Shown: positions 20,520-28,616 of the stretch, one piece after another
Layout: each line of letters starts with the position of its first letter
Position numbering within the stretch: position 1 is the stretch's first letter
Origin: an uncultured bacterium
GTDB taxonomy: Bacteria > Krumholzibacteriota > Krumholzibacteriia > LZORAL124-64-63
Reading direction: 5' to 3'
Length of the DNA: 64,000 bases
Assembly: GCA_963732385.1 (NCBI GenBank)
Contig: CAVSZB010000006.1
Span: forward strand, 32,001 to 96,000
Position numbers and translations under genes: made by a program
The notes under the pieces: model-generated
Seen by the model: only the letters and a program-made list of their open reading frames with translations
Told to the model about the DNA's origin: nothing
Databases searched by the model: none

Positions 20520-21233
20520 ATGAAGAAGCTGATCATAGCCGTCGTCGTCGCTGCAGCCCTGATCGCGGTCTTCGCGTTTTTTCTGCTCTCCAACCTCAAC
20601 TCCATCGTCGCCAAGGCCATCGAGAAGGGCGGTGGCGATGTGACCCGGACCAGCGTCGGCGTTTCCGGCGTGGACATTTCGCTGCGCGAGGGGCGGGGGT
20701 CGATCGGGGGTCTGCGGGTGGCCAGCCCCGACGGCTACCAGGAGCGCACGGCGTTCTCGCTCGACGATATTACCGTCGACATCGACGTGAAGAGCGTCCG
20801 CCAGGATCCCATCGTCCTCGACGAAATCCGCATCCGGGCCCCGATCGTCAACGCCGAGCTGACGAAGACCGGCGCCTCCAACATCGACGAGTTGCGCAAA
20901 CGGGCGCAGGCCTACACGTCACGGATGGCGTCGCAGGGAAGCAGCAAGCGGATCCGGATCGAGCGCTTCGTGTTCGAGAAAGGCCGCGTCGAGGTCGACG
21001 CCTCCGCGCTCGGGCTGGGCAAGCGCACGCTGGTGCTGCCCGAAATCCGCCTGACCGACGTGGGCGGGCGAAACGGCGCGCCGCCGGACGAGATCGCCAA
21101 GATCATCCTGACGACCGTGGCCGGCAGGGTGGCTTCCGAAATCGCCAGCTCCGAGCTCGACCGGCTGATGAAGGATAAGCTGGGGGGCTCGATCACCGAC
21201 AAAGCGAAGGGGTTGCTGGAAAAGATCCGGTAG
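20520..21233 (+). CDS. AsmA/DUF748-like N-terminally anchored envelope protein
   Basis: N-terminal TM followed by beta-rich 'GSIGGLRVASPDGY...AFSLDDITVDID...IVLDEIRI'. Confidence 0.6.
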   Translation: MKKLIIAVVVAAALIAVFAFFLLSNLNSIVAKAIEKGGGDVTRTSVGVSGVDISLREGRGSIGGLRVASPDGYQERTAFSLDDITVDIDVKSVRQDPIVLDEIRIRAPIVNAELTKTGASNIDELRKRAQAYTSRMASQGSSKRIRIERFVFEKGRVEVDASALGLGKRTLVLPEIRLTDVGGRNGAPPDEIAKIILTTVAGRVASEIASSELDRLMKDKLGGSITDKAKGLLEKIR

Positions 21234-21312
21234 TTGTTGAACGCGGCCCCGGATTATTCTCACCTTCGCCGCCGATGCGGGCGTTTGTGAGTAACCAGTC
21301 CCGCCTCCGGAA

Positions 21313-21756
21313 CTAGCGAGCGAACAGGAGATTGAGCGTCGCCTGGTCCGGCGTGCCGTCCTCGTTGAAGTCGTATTCGACGGAGGCGCCGCTGAGCCCC
21401 AGGCTGTCTTCGGAAAACGCGACGTCGAATTGCCACGAGAACAGCATTCCCTGTGGCGTCAGGCTCAGTACGTCGCTGCTCAGGGTCCACGTTCCATCCG
21501 TCGTGCGCTCTGCTTCGGCGAAAGGCGCGACGACGAGCCGAAATGTTTCATTGTCGTTGAGGGTGAGCGTGCCGGTTCCTCCGAGCGCGACAAGATCGAC
21601 GGCGGCGCCCGCGGGAATGCTCACGAACTCGACCTTGGTGGCGTTCCAGACGCCCGTGATCTGCTCCGGCTGCGGACCGGTGGATTTGTCCTCGCTGCAT
21701 CCGACCATCACGCAGAGCAGAATTGCCGCCGTCACGATTCGCCAGCTCGTTCGCAT
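21313..21756 (-). CDS. Lipocalin-like lipoprotein
   Basis: Lipobox 'MVGC', 'ITGVW' (GxW) and 'GTWTL' beta-barrel pattern. Confidence 0.6.
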   Translation of the reverse strand: MRTSWRIVTAAILLCVMVGCSEDKSTGPQPEQITGVWNATKVEFVSIPAGAAVDLVALGGTGTLTLNDNETFRLVVAPFAEAERTTDGTWTLSSDVLSLTPQGMLFSWQFDVAFSEDSLGLSGASVEYDFNEDGTPDQATLNLLFAR

Positions 21757-22026
21757 GTCGGCCTCCCCGCTCAGGAATTGCTTCCCGGCGATCTGGGCTA
21801 TACCCCGAGTCCGCTCCTCTGCCCCGAATAGACCAGCGCGGTGGTTCGCCTTTGAGCGGCGGTCGCCCTGAGCACGCGGCTCAGACCCTATGGAGTGACC
21901 GGCCCCCCTGTCGTACCGTCGTCACCGTCGTTCTGGTGGTTGGCGATGGCGACCGGGTGGCAAGCACCGCAGTCGCGGGTTAGCGCCTTTCGGCGCCAGA
22001 GCCGCATACGACGAAGGGAGCCGGCC

Positions 22027-23091
22027 ATGGCCAGTATAACCTACGTGGGGCTGGATGTGCACAAGCGGACGATCGCGGTGGCGCTGCGCCGCCCGGGGAC
22101 CGACGAAGTGGTCGAGTGGCAGGTCGCCCACGAGCCGACGGCCGTGCGGCGACTGATCCGCAAGCTCAAGGCGCACGCCCCGGTGGCCTGCGCCTACGAG
22201 GCGGCCGAGATCCCCTGCCTGGTCGCCGCCCCGTCCCTGATCCCGGTCCGCTGCGGCGACCGCATCAAGACCGATCACCGCGACGCCCGCAAGCTGGCCC
22301 AGTTGTTCCAGGCCGGGCTCCTGACGGCGGTGCACCCGCCGACAGAAGACGAGGAGGCGGTCCGCGACCTGTGCCGCTGCCGCGAGGACGCGCAACTGGA
22401 TCTGGTGCGGGCCCGGCACCGGTTGGGCAAGTTCCTGCTGCGCCGCAGCTTGAGCTTCCATGACGGCTACCTCTGGTCCCAGCGTCATCGCACTTGGATG
22501 CACGGCTTGACGTTCGCGCGGGCCGCCGACCAGGTCGTCTTCGAGGACTACCTGCTGGCGGTCGAGCAGCAGGAGGCCCGAGTCGCCGCGCTGGACGAGC
22601 AGTTGGCCGCCGTCGCGGATCAGGAGCCGTTCCGTGCGCCGGTGGTGGCCCACCTGCGCTGCTTCCGCGGCATCGACACGGTCACCGCCGTAAGCCTGGT
22701 CGCGGAGCTGCACGATGTGCGGCGCTTCGCGTCGGCTCCCGCCCTCATGGCCTATCTCGGGCTGGTCCCCAGCGAGCACAGCAGCGGCGAGCATCGTCGG
22801 TGCGGCGGCATCACCAAGACCGGCAATCGCCACGTGCGGCGCCTGCTGATCGAGACCGCCTGGCACTACCGGCACAAGCCTACGGTGGGGGTGAAACTGG
22901 TCAAGCGCCGGCACGGCCAGCCGCCCGTGGTCATCGCCCGCGCCGACCGGGCGCAGCAGCGCCTGTGCAGGCAATACCGGTGCATGGTCGCCAAAGGCAA
23001 GCATCACAACACGATCGTCGTGGCCATCGCCCGCATGCTGGTTGGATATCTGTGGGAGACGCTGCGCACTGCGCAGCCTGTCGAAGCCTGA
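22027..23091 (+). CDS. IS110 family DEDD transposase/recombinase, probably with a short in-frame deletion
   Basis: 'YVGLDVHK', 'YEA', 'KTDHRDA' (DEDD); 'GLVPSEHSSG' serine motif; 'ITKTGN...RRLLIE'. Confidence 0.92.
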   Translation: MASITYVGLDVHKRTIAVALRRPGTDEVVEWQVAHEPTAVRRLIRKLKAHAPVACAYEAAEIPCLVAAPSLIPVRCGDRIKTDHRDARKLAQLFQAGLLTAVHPPTEDEEAVRDLCRCREDAQLDLVRARHRLGKFLLRRSLSFHDGYLWSQRHRTWMHGLTFARAADQVVFEDYLLAVEQQEARVAALDEQLAAVADQEPFRAPVVAHLRCFRGIDTVTAVSLVAELHDVRRFASAPALMAYLGLVPSEHSSGEHRRCGGITKTGNRHVRRLLIETAWHYRHKPTVGVKLVKRRHGQPPVVIARADRAQQRLCRQYRCMVAKGKHHNTIVVAIARMLVGYLWETLRTAQPVEA

Positions 23092-23144
23092 ACAAACGGA
23101 ACGGTCCGACGGTCGGAGACGGCGGATGAACGCAGGCACGATCC

Positions 23145-23287
23145 GGAGAATCCGCGTTATCGGTGTGCGACTGGGCCATTGGGTCCAGACTCACGATCTC
23201 AGAGTGCGGTCCCTCCCGACGGAGCACGGTCATGCGGCTCGGCGCCGGCTTGCCGGCGCAACCCGCGTATATCAGAGTGACTCGTCG
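23145..23287 (+). ncRNA. Putative bridge/seek RNA of the IS110 element (two stem-loops with internal guide loops)
   Basis: Folds by eye into two stems with internal loops; loop 1 carries TATCG and CTCAG (target match), loop 2 carries GGTC and ATATCAG (donor-end match). Confidence 0.7.
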
Positions 23288-23396
23288 TCGAAGCGACCTG
23301 CCTCGTCCGCCGCCTCCGGATGTCGGAACCGGGAAAAGACAAGAGAACGGCCGCCTCCCCGCAGGAAAGCGGCCCTTGACACAGGGTCACTCCATA

Positions 23397-24071
23397 TCAG
23401 CGATAGAGGGACTTAACCGCGCTCCAGCTGACCGCTTCGACGGGCACCAGCGTGCCGTTGACAGTGAAAACCGGCGAGTTCGGGCCGGCGGGCAGCGGTC
23501 GCAGGCCGAGCACTCCGTAACAGGGGCTGTCGACGAACAGGCTGTCGAAGTAGTAATACAATGTCGGCAGCCCGTCGTCCGTCCCGCCGTTGGCTCCGAC
23601 ACCCATGCCGATCGCAGCGGGAGCATTGTCCAGCGCCATGAGGCCAACGCGCATCAGGCAGCGGTCGATCAGGCAGGTGGTGGATGACGGCCAGAGCATG
23701 TTGTTATAGGAGTAGCGCGCATCGATGTCAGGATTCGTGTTCGGGAAAAATACGCCGCACAGTCCGCCCAGTGATGTATCGAAGTTGATGATCCAGAGAT
23801 TAGCGGGAATCTCGATATGGCACAGCAGCTGCATCTGGTAGTACATAAGAAACATCGGATGTCCGACCGCCGCGGGCAGGTCCGAGACCGGGCGATCAAG
23901 GAGCAGATACAGCCAGAACGGCTCATAGGGCGCGATTGTGAGCCGACTTGCGTTTCCGTCCTCGTCTGCGTAGAGCCCGACGGAGATTTCGCTCACTTGC
24001 GCCAGGCCCAAAGCCGCGGCGCCCGCGACCGCAACGGCCAACATTGCCGCACAAAGCCACCTGAACTTCAT
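23397..24071 (-). CDS. Secreted hypothetical protein with C-terminal 'VPVEAVSWSAVKSLYR' tail
   Basis: Signal peptide, 'VGLYADEDG' start of mature region, GGAGG RBS; the stop codon is the IS core. Confidence 0.75.
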   Translation of the reverse strand: MKFRWLCAAMLAVAVAGAAALGLAQVSEISVGLYADEDGNASRLTIAPYEPFWLYLLLDRPVSDLPAAVGHPMFLMYYQMQLLCHIEIPANLWIINFDTSLGGLCGVFFPNTNPDIDARYSYNNMLWPSSTTCLIDRCLMRVGLMALDNAPAAIGMGVGANGGTDDGLPTLYYYFDSLFVDSPCYGVLGLRPLPAGPNSPVFTVNGTLVPVEAVSWSAVKSLYR

Positions 24072-24348
24072 GGCGCCTCCCGCCGCAATCGTCGCCCCAC
24101 TTGCAGACCGAAGCGTCACCCTGAGTGTAGGGGGTTGGTTCTGACGCGGCAAGTACTCGGCCGCGCCCCGGCGGGTTCATGCCGCAGTCGGCCGGTATCA
24201 TGATGCTGCACAGCGACTTCAGGACTCCCGAGGCCTTTTTCTTGTCCCTGATGCTCGGGCTCGGTAAGCTGCGGCGGCCCCGGACGACGCACGAATTCTC
24301 GTGAGGAGCCGGAAAGGAATCCGTTCCCCCTTGCAGGAGGATTCGCTC

Positions 24349-25494
24349 ATGCGCCCGATCTCTTCGCCTCGCCCTCGCCGGGCCGCGCAAACCCTGGTCC
24401 CTGCCCTGGTCCTGACGTTGGTTGTTTCGGTCACGCCCTTTCCTGTGTACGCGACGGAGCCGGTGGAGACGAAGATCTGGGGCCGCAGCTCGCTGTTGAT
24501 CGCCTACGACACGGCGGACCTGCGCGCCGGGCTCGATTTCGGCAGTTACGTGACCGCGGACGGTCAGGATCGCGTCAATTTCAATCCGCGCGACACCCGC
24601 CTGGGTCTGTCGGCCACCCAGACCAAAGGGGCCTGGACCTACAGGAGCGTCTTCGAGATGGACTTCTACGGCGACAACGCCGGCAACAATCTGCTGCCGC
24701 GCCTGCGTCTCGGATTCGTGGATGTCTCCCACAGCGGCGGTTTCGCCCTGCGCGCCGGACAGGACTGGATCCCGATCGCCCAGCAGAACCCCGGCACGCT
24801 CGACTTCGGGGTGCTGGCCTGGGGCGGCAATCTCTGGTGGCGCGTGCCGCAGGTGACCGTGCGCCAGAAGACCGGCGATCTGGAGTTCCTCGCCGGGATG
24901 ATGAAGCACCGCAACTCGAGCACCCAGGAGGCCGAGGAGCAGATGCCGTGGTTCCTGGGCCGGCTGGCGTGGACCGGCCTGAGCGACGGCAAGGGCCTGC
25001 TGGCGATCGGCGTCGGCGGCCGCAGCAACTCCCTGACGGATACGGTCGATGACGCACCGTTCAACACCGACTACAAAGCCTGGCTCGTGTGCGGTGAATG
25101 GAAGCTGCCCCTCGGCCCGCGCCTCACGCTCAACGGCGAGGCCTGGACCGGCAAGGGGCTCGGCCGGGAATTCGTCCGCTACGATCTGGACTACAACCGG
25201 CAGGTCCGCCGTTCGATCAATGCGCAAGGCGGCTTCGTCAGTGCGGCCGTGGATCTCGGCCGCGGTCTGCAGGCCAACCTCGGTGGCGGCATCGACGATC
25301 CCGAGGACGACGACCTGGCCGGCGCCACCACCGTCATCTTCACGCAGAACACCGTACTGTTCGGGAATCTTAAGTGGCAGGCCACGGAGCACTTCGGAGC
25401 CGGCTTCGAGGTCATGAACTTCACGACCGAGACCGGTCCTGATGACGAGCTCGACGGCCAGCGCTTCACCATGGGGACCTGGTTCGTGTTCTGA
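24349..25494 (+). CDS. Outer-membrane porin (DcaP-like)
   Basis: Signal peptide, 'RDTRLGL', 'FEMDFYG', 'PRLRLGF', 'AGQDW', 'RVPQV', terminal Phe. Confidence 0.75.
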   Translation: MRPISSPRPRRAAQTLVPALVLTLVVSVTPFPVYATEPVETKIWGRSSLLIAYDTADLRAGLDFGSYVTADGQDRVNFNPRDTRLGLSATQTKGAWTYRSVFEMDFYGDNAGNNLLPRLRLGFVDVSHSGGFALRAGQDWIPIAQQNPGTLDFGVLAWGGNLWWRVPQVTVRQKTGDLEFLAGMMKHRNSSTQEAEEQMPWFLGRLAWTGLSDGKGLLAIGVGGRSNSLTDTVDDAPFNTDYKAWLVCGEWKLPLGPRLTLNGEAWTGKGLGREFVRYDLDYNRQVRRSINAQGGFVSAAVDLGRGLQANLGGGIDDPEDDDLAGATTVIFTQNTVLFGNLKWQATEHFGAGFEVMNFTTETGPDDELDGQRFTMGTWFVF

Positions 25495-25561
25495 GCGCGG
25501 AAACGGACGGGGCGCGCGGACCAGACGCCGGCGCCCCGGATCTTCCGCCGTGGAGGCAGCG

Positions 25562-25906
25562 GTGATCGGTCCGTTCTCGGCGGAGCGCCGCCTGCGGCGG
25601 GAATTGACGACCGTGCAGGCGATGATCGGCCTGTATTGCCGCGCGCACCATGGCGGCGGGACCGGGCCGTGCGCGGAGTGCCACGAACTGCTGCGGTATG
25701 CCGGGCAGCGCATCGAGCGCTGCCCGTTCGGCGTCGGCAAGCCGACCTGCGTCGACTGCCCGGTGCACTGCTACGTGCCCGCGATGCGGGAGCGGATCCG
25801 CGTGGTCATGCGCTACGCCGGGCCGCGCATGGTGTGGCGCCATCCGATCCTCGCGCTGTTCCATATCCTCGACGGCCGCCGGTCGGCGCCGTCGCTCAAA
25901 CGCTGA
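25562..25906 (+). CDS. YgbA (nitrous oxide-stimulated promoter) family protein
   Basis: 'MIGLYCRAHH', 'CAECHELLRYA', 'KPTCVDCPVHCY', 'VMRYAGPRM..RHP'. Confidence 0.88.
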   Translation: MIGPFSAERRLRRELTTVQAMIGLYCRAHHGGGTGPCAECHELLRYAGQRIERCPFGVGKPTCVDCPVHCYVPAMRERIRVVMRYAGPRMVWRHPILALFHILDGRRSAPSLKR

Positions 25907-25951
25907 TCGTGAGCCGGTCCGCATCGCTCCCGGTGGTCAGGTGCGGCTCCG

Positions 25952-28516
25952 CTACCACGGTCCGAGCCACGGCTCAGGCAGGCCGTCGGGCGGGGTGAGC
26001 AGCAGCGGGCGGCCCGGCTGCGCCGCGATCCCCTGGAGGTACAGATCGGCGGGGCCCGGCAGGGTCGCCGCGGCGGCTGCGTCGGCGGCGACCGCGTCGG
26101 GCGTGTCGTCGCCGCCCAGAACCCGCGCCAGCCAGGCCGCTCCGGTCGCCAGACCGGGCAGCGACGGCCCCAGCTTCGGCAACTCCACGAGGCGTCGCGC
26201 CGGGAATTCGCTCAGGACCACCTCGTCGCCGGGGCGGATGCCGGCCAGGTCGCGCGCCAGGGCGATGGCGTCGGAGAGGCCGCCCTGCGCGTCGCAGAGA
26301 CCGCGCGCGATGGCGTCGTCGCCCATCCAGACCCGGCCGCCGCCCAGCTCGCGCACCCGCGCTTCGGGCAGGCCGCGCGCGGTGGCCACCTTGCCGACGA
26401 ACTGGTCGTACATGCCGAGGATGTACCCCTTCACGAGGGCCAGCTCGCAGTCGTCGAGCGGACGGGTGGGGATCGACAGGCCGAGCAGCGGCGGGCGCAG
26501 GCCCGAGAACAGGTCGGCGTGGGCGCCGCGCTGCACGCCGTCGGCGCGCATGCCGAGCCTGTCGCCGAGGCCGTCGTCCCAGAACCAGCCCGAGATGACG
26601 CCGATCGAGCCGGTCACGGTGAGCGGGGTCGTCAGCAGACGACTGCCGCCCAGGCTGATCCAGTAGCCGCCCGAGGCCGCCACGTCGCCCTGGCTGATGA
26701 CGACCGGCTTGCCCGCCGCGACCAGCCTGGCCACCGCTTCGGCGATCAGGTCGCTCGGCTGCGGATCGCCGCCGGGCGAATCGGGGCGCAGCACGACCGC
26801 CTTCACGTTGCGGTCGTGCACGAGGCGGCGCAGGTGGGCCGAGGTGGCGCGGCCGCGGATGCCGGAATCCATGGCGCATTCGCCCACGGCGAACACCACG
26901 GCGACCTCGGCCGGGCGGCCCCAGCGCTCGTCGGGCAACTGCTCGGGCGGCGGAGAGGACGGCGTCGTCCAGCGCCCGTGCCGTTTTTGCTGCACCCACT
27001 CCTCGACATCGGCCCAGCGGCCGAGCTCGTCGGCAAGGCCGGCATCGCGCGCGGCGACGGCGTCGAGCAGCACGCGCGTGTCGACGAGGCTGTCGAAGGC
27101 GGCCGGCGCAAGGCGGCGCGAGGCGCAGGCCCCGTCGCGCAAGGTCTCGTAGGCGACATCGATCAGGCGCTGGCGCTGCTCGCGCTCGCATTCGCTCATC
27201 TCGTCGCGGGCGAACACCTCGACGGCGCTCTTGCACGGCATGAAGCGCAGTTCCTGGAATCCGACGCCGAGTTTGGTGAGCGTGCCGCGTACGTAGGTGC
27301 GGCGGGAGGCGAAGCCGGGCAGGGTGACGCTGCCCTGTGGATCGAGAATGAGACGGTCGCCGGCGGTGGCCAGCCAGGTGTCGAGCATGCCGAGGTTGTC
27401 GGCGTGGATGACGATCTCCTTGCCGGCGGCGCGCAGTTCGCCCAGCTTGCGGCGCAGCTCCCAGGCGAGCGACGGGCGTGGGCGCAGGCCGGCCAGGTTG
27501 AGCGCGACCCCGTCGATGTCGGGCGCGTCGCGCAGGCGGTCGAGGTGGCGCGCGAGGTCGAGCCAGGCCACGCGCGAGTCGTCGAACCAGCGATACTTCT
27601 GGTAGGTGAGGACCCGGTGTTCGAGGTTCACCGCGGCCCAGCGCGGGCGGCGGTCGGGGCGCAGGGCGGCCGGCACCGCCAGGCTGCGTTGAGGGGCGGC
27701 CGCGCGCACGAGGAATGCGGTGCCGGTGGCGTGGCCCCCGCGATCGTACGCGGGCAGGGCGTGGTATGCGGTGCCGCCGAGCGTCACGCCGGCCGTGAGC
27801 GTGAAGCGGAAGTCGTCGGTGTCGTCGGTTTCGCGCAGGCGGGCGCCCAGATGCAGGCCGGCCAGGGGACGGAATTCCACTCCGGCGCCCCAGCGGCCGG
27901 CGTCCGGATCCTCCCCGTGGCGCAGCGTGAAGTCGCCGAACAGCGTGAGCGCGGGGGTGCCGAACGGACGCACGCCCAGATCGGCCGTCGCCTGACGCGC
28001 CGCCGACTCCAGCGAGGCGACTCCGGCCAGGCCCCAGGAGACGGCGCGGCCCGGCCGGCCGATCAGACCCAGGGCGAGCGCCTGGTCGTGCCGTTGTCCG
28101 TCGTTGCCGCCGCTCGACCAGCGGTAGGCGAGGCCGGCGTGCGCGCGCCGGTCGCCGCGGGCGAGGCCGAACTGCCAGTCGGTGAGACGGGTCGTGCCGC
28201 CCGGCACCGGCAGAACGCGGCTGTCGAGCGCGAAACCGACGTTGCGTCCGAACGACAGGCCCCAGTTGTCGAGCCCGTTGTGGCCCAGATGGCGATCGTT
28301 CCACCAGAGAGCGAACTCGGCGCGACCGGCCGCGGCCCAGGCGGCCGGGTTGGCGAAGGCCGCCGGTGCGCCGGCCGTCACGCTGGGGCTCTGCGGAAGC
28401 CACTCCATGCCGTCGGCGTAGTCCATGAGCCGGTCTGCGGACTGGGCCGCGGCCGGACCACCGGCCAGGACGAGCGAAAGCGCGGCGAGCAGGGCGGCAA
28501 GGGGCGCGTGGCGCAT
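25952..28516 (-). CDS. sppA: Signal peptide peptidase SppA (S49) with ~300-aa N-terminal beta-rich domain
   Basis: 'DSPGG', 'VAASGGYW' catalytic Ser, 'TGSIGV', 'GGRVWMG', 'KSA' Lys. Confidence 0.85.
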   Translation of the reverse strand: MRHAPLAALLAALSLVLAGGPAAAQSADRLMDYADGMEWLPQSPSVTAGAPAAFANPAAWAAAGRAEFALWWNDRHLGHNGLDNWGLSFGRNVGFALDSRVLPVPGGTTRLTDWQFGLARGDRRAHAGLAYRWSSGGNDGQRHDQALALGLIGRPGRAVSWGLAGVASLESAARQATADLGVRPFGTPALTLFGDFTLRHGEDPDAGRWGAGVEFRPLAGLHLGARLRETDDTDDFRFTLTAGVTLGGTAYHALPAYDRGGHATGTAFLVRAAAPQRSLAVPAALRPDRRPRWAAVNLEHRVLTYQKYRWFDDSRVAWLDLARHLDRLRDAPDIDGVALNLAGLRPRPSLAWELRRKLGELRAAGKEIVIHADNLGMLDTWLATAGDRLILDPQGSVTLPGFASRRTYVRGTLTKLGVGFQELRFMPCKSAVEVFARDEMSECEREQRQRLIDVAYETLRDGACASRRLAPAAFDSLVDTRVLLDAVAARDAGLADELGRWADVEEWVQQKRHGRWTTPSSPPPEQLPDERWGRPAEVAVVFAVGECAMDSGIRGRATSAHLRRLVHDRNVKAVVLRPDSPGGDPQPSDLIAEAVARLVAAGKPVVISQGDVAASGGYWISLGGSRLLTTPLTVTGSIGVISGWFWDDGLGDRLGMRADGVQRGAHADLFSGLRPPLLGLSIPTRPLDDCELALVKGYILGMYDQFVGKVATARGLPEARVRELGGGRVWMGDDAIARGLCDAQGGLSDAIALARDLAGIRPGDEVVLSEFPARRLVELPKLGPSLPGLATGAAWLARVLGGDDTPDAVAADAAAAATLPGPADLYLQGIAAQPGRPLLLTPPDGLPEPWLGPW

Positions 28517-28616
28517 GGATGACCTCCGGACACGGGGGATGCACGACGTCGCGATGTTACCGTATCATGGCGGGGTCGCCAACCGGCGCGTGGCGCTGTT
28601 CAGGCAGGAGGTCGGC

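Larger units (their letters stand above)
21881..23400 (+). mobile_element. IS110-family (IS1111-group) insertion sequence
   Basis: Perfect 12-bp sub-terminal inverted repeats TATGGAGTGACC (21889-21900) / GGTCACTCCATA (23385-23396); TCAG core at both ends (21881-21884, 23397-23400); outward TTGACA at 23376-23381; IS110 recombinase inside. Confidence 0.88.

Noticed and set aside
21231..21316. Imperfect long hairpin between convergent genes
   Set aside because: Most simply a terminator or chance pairing; no second copy seen.
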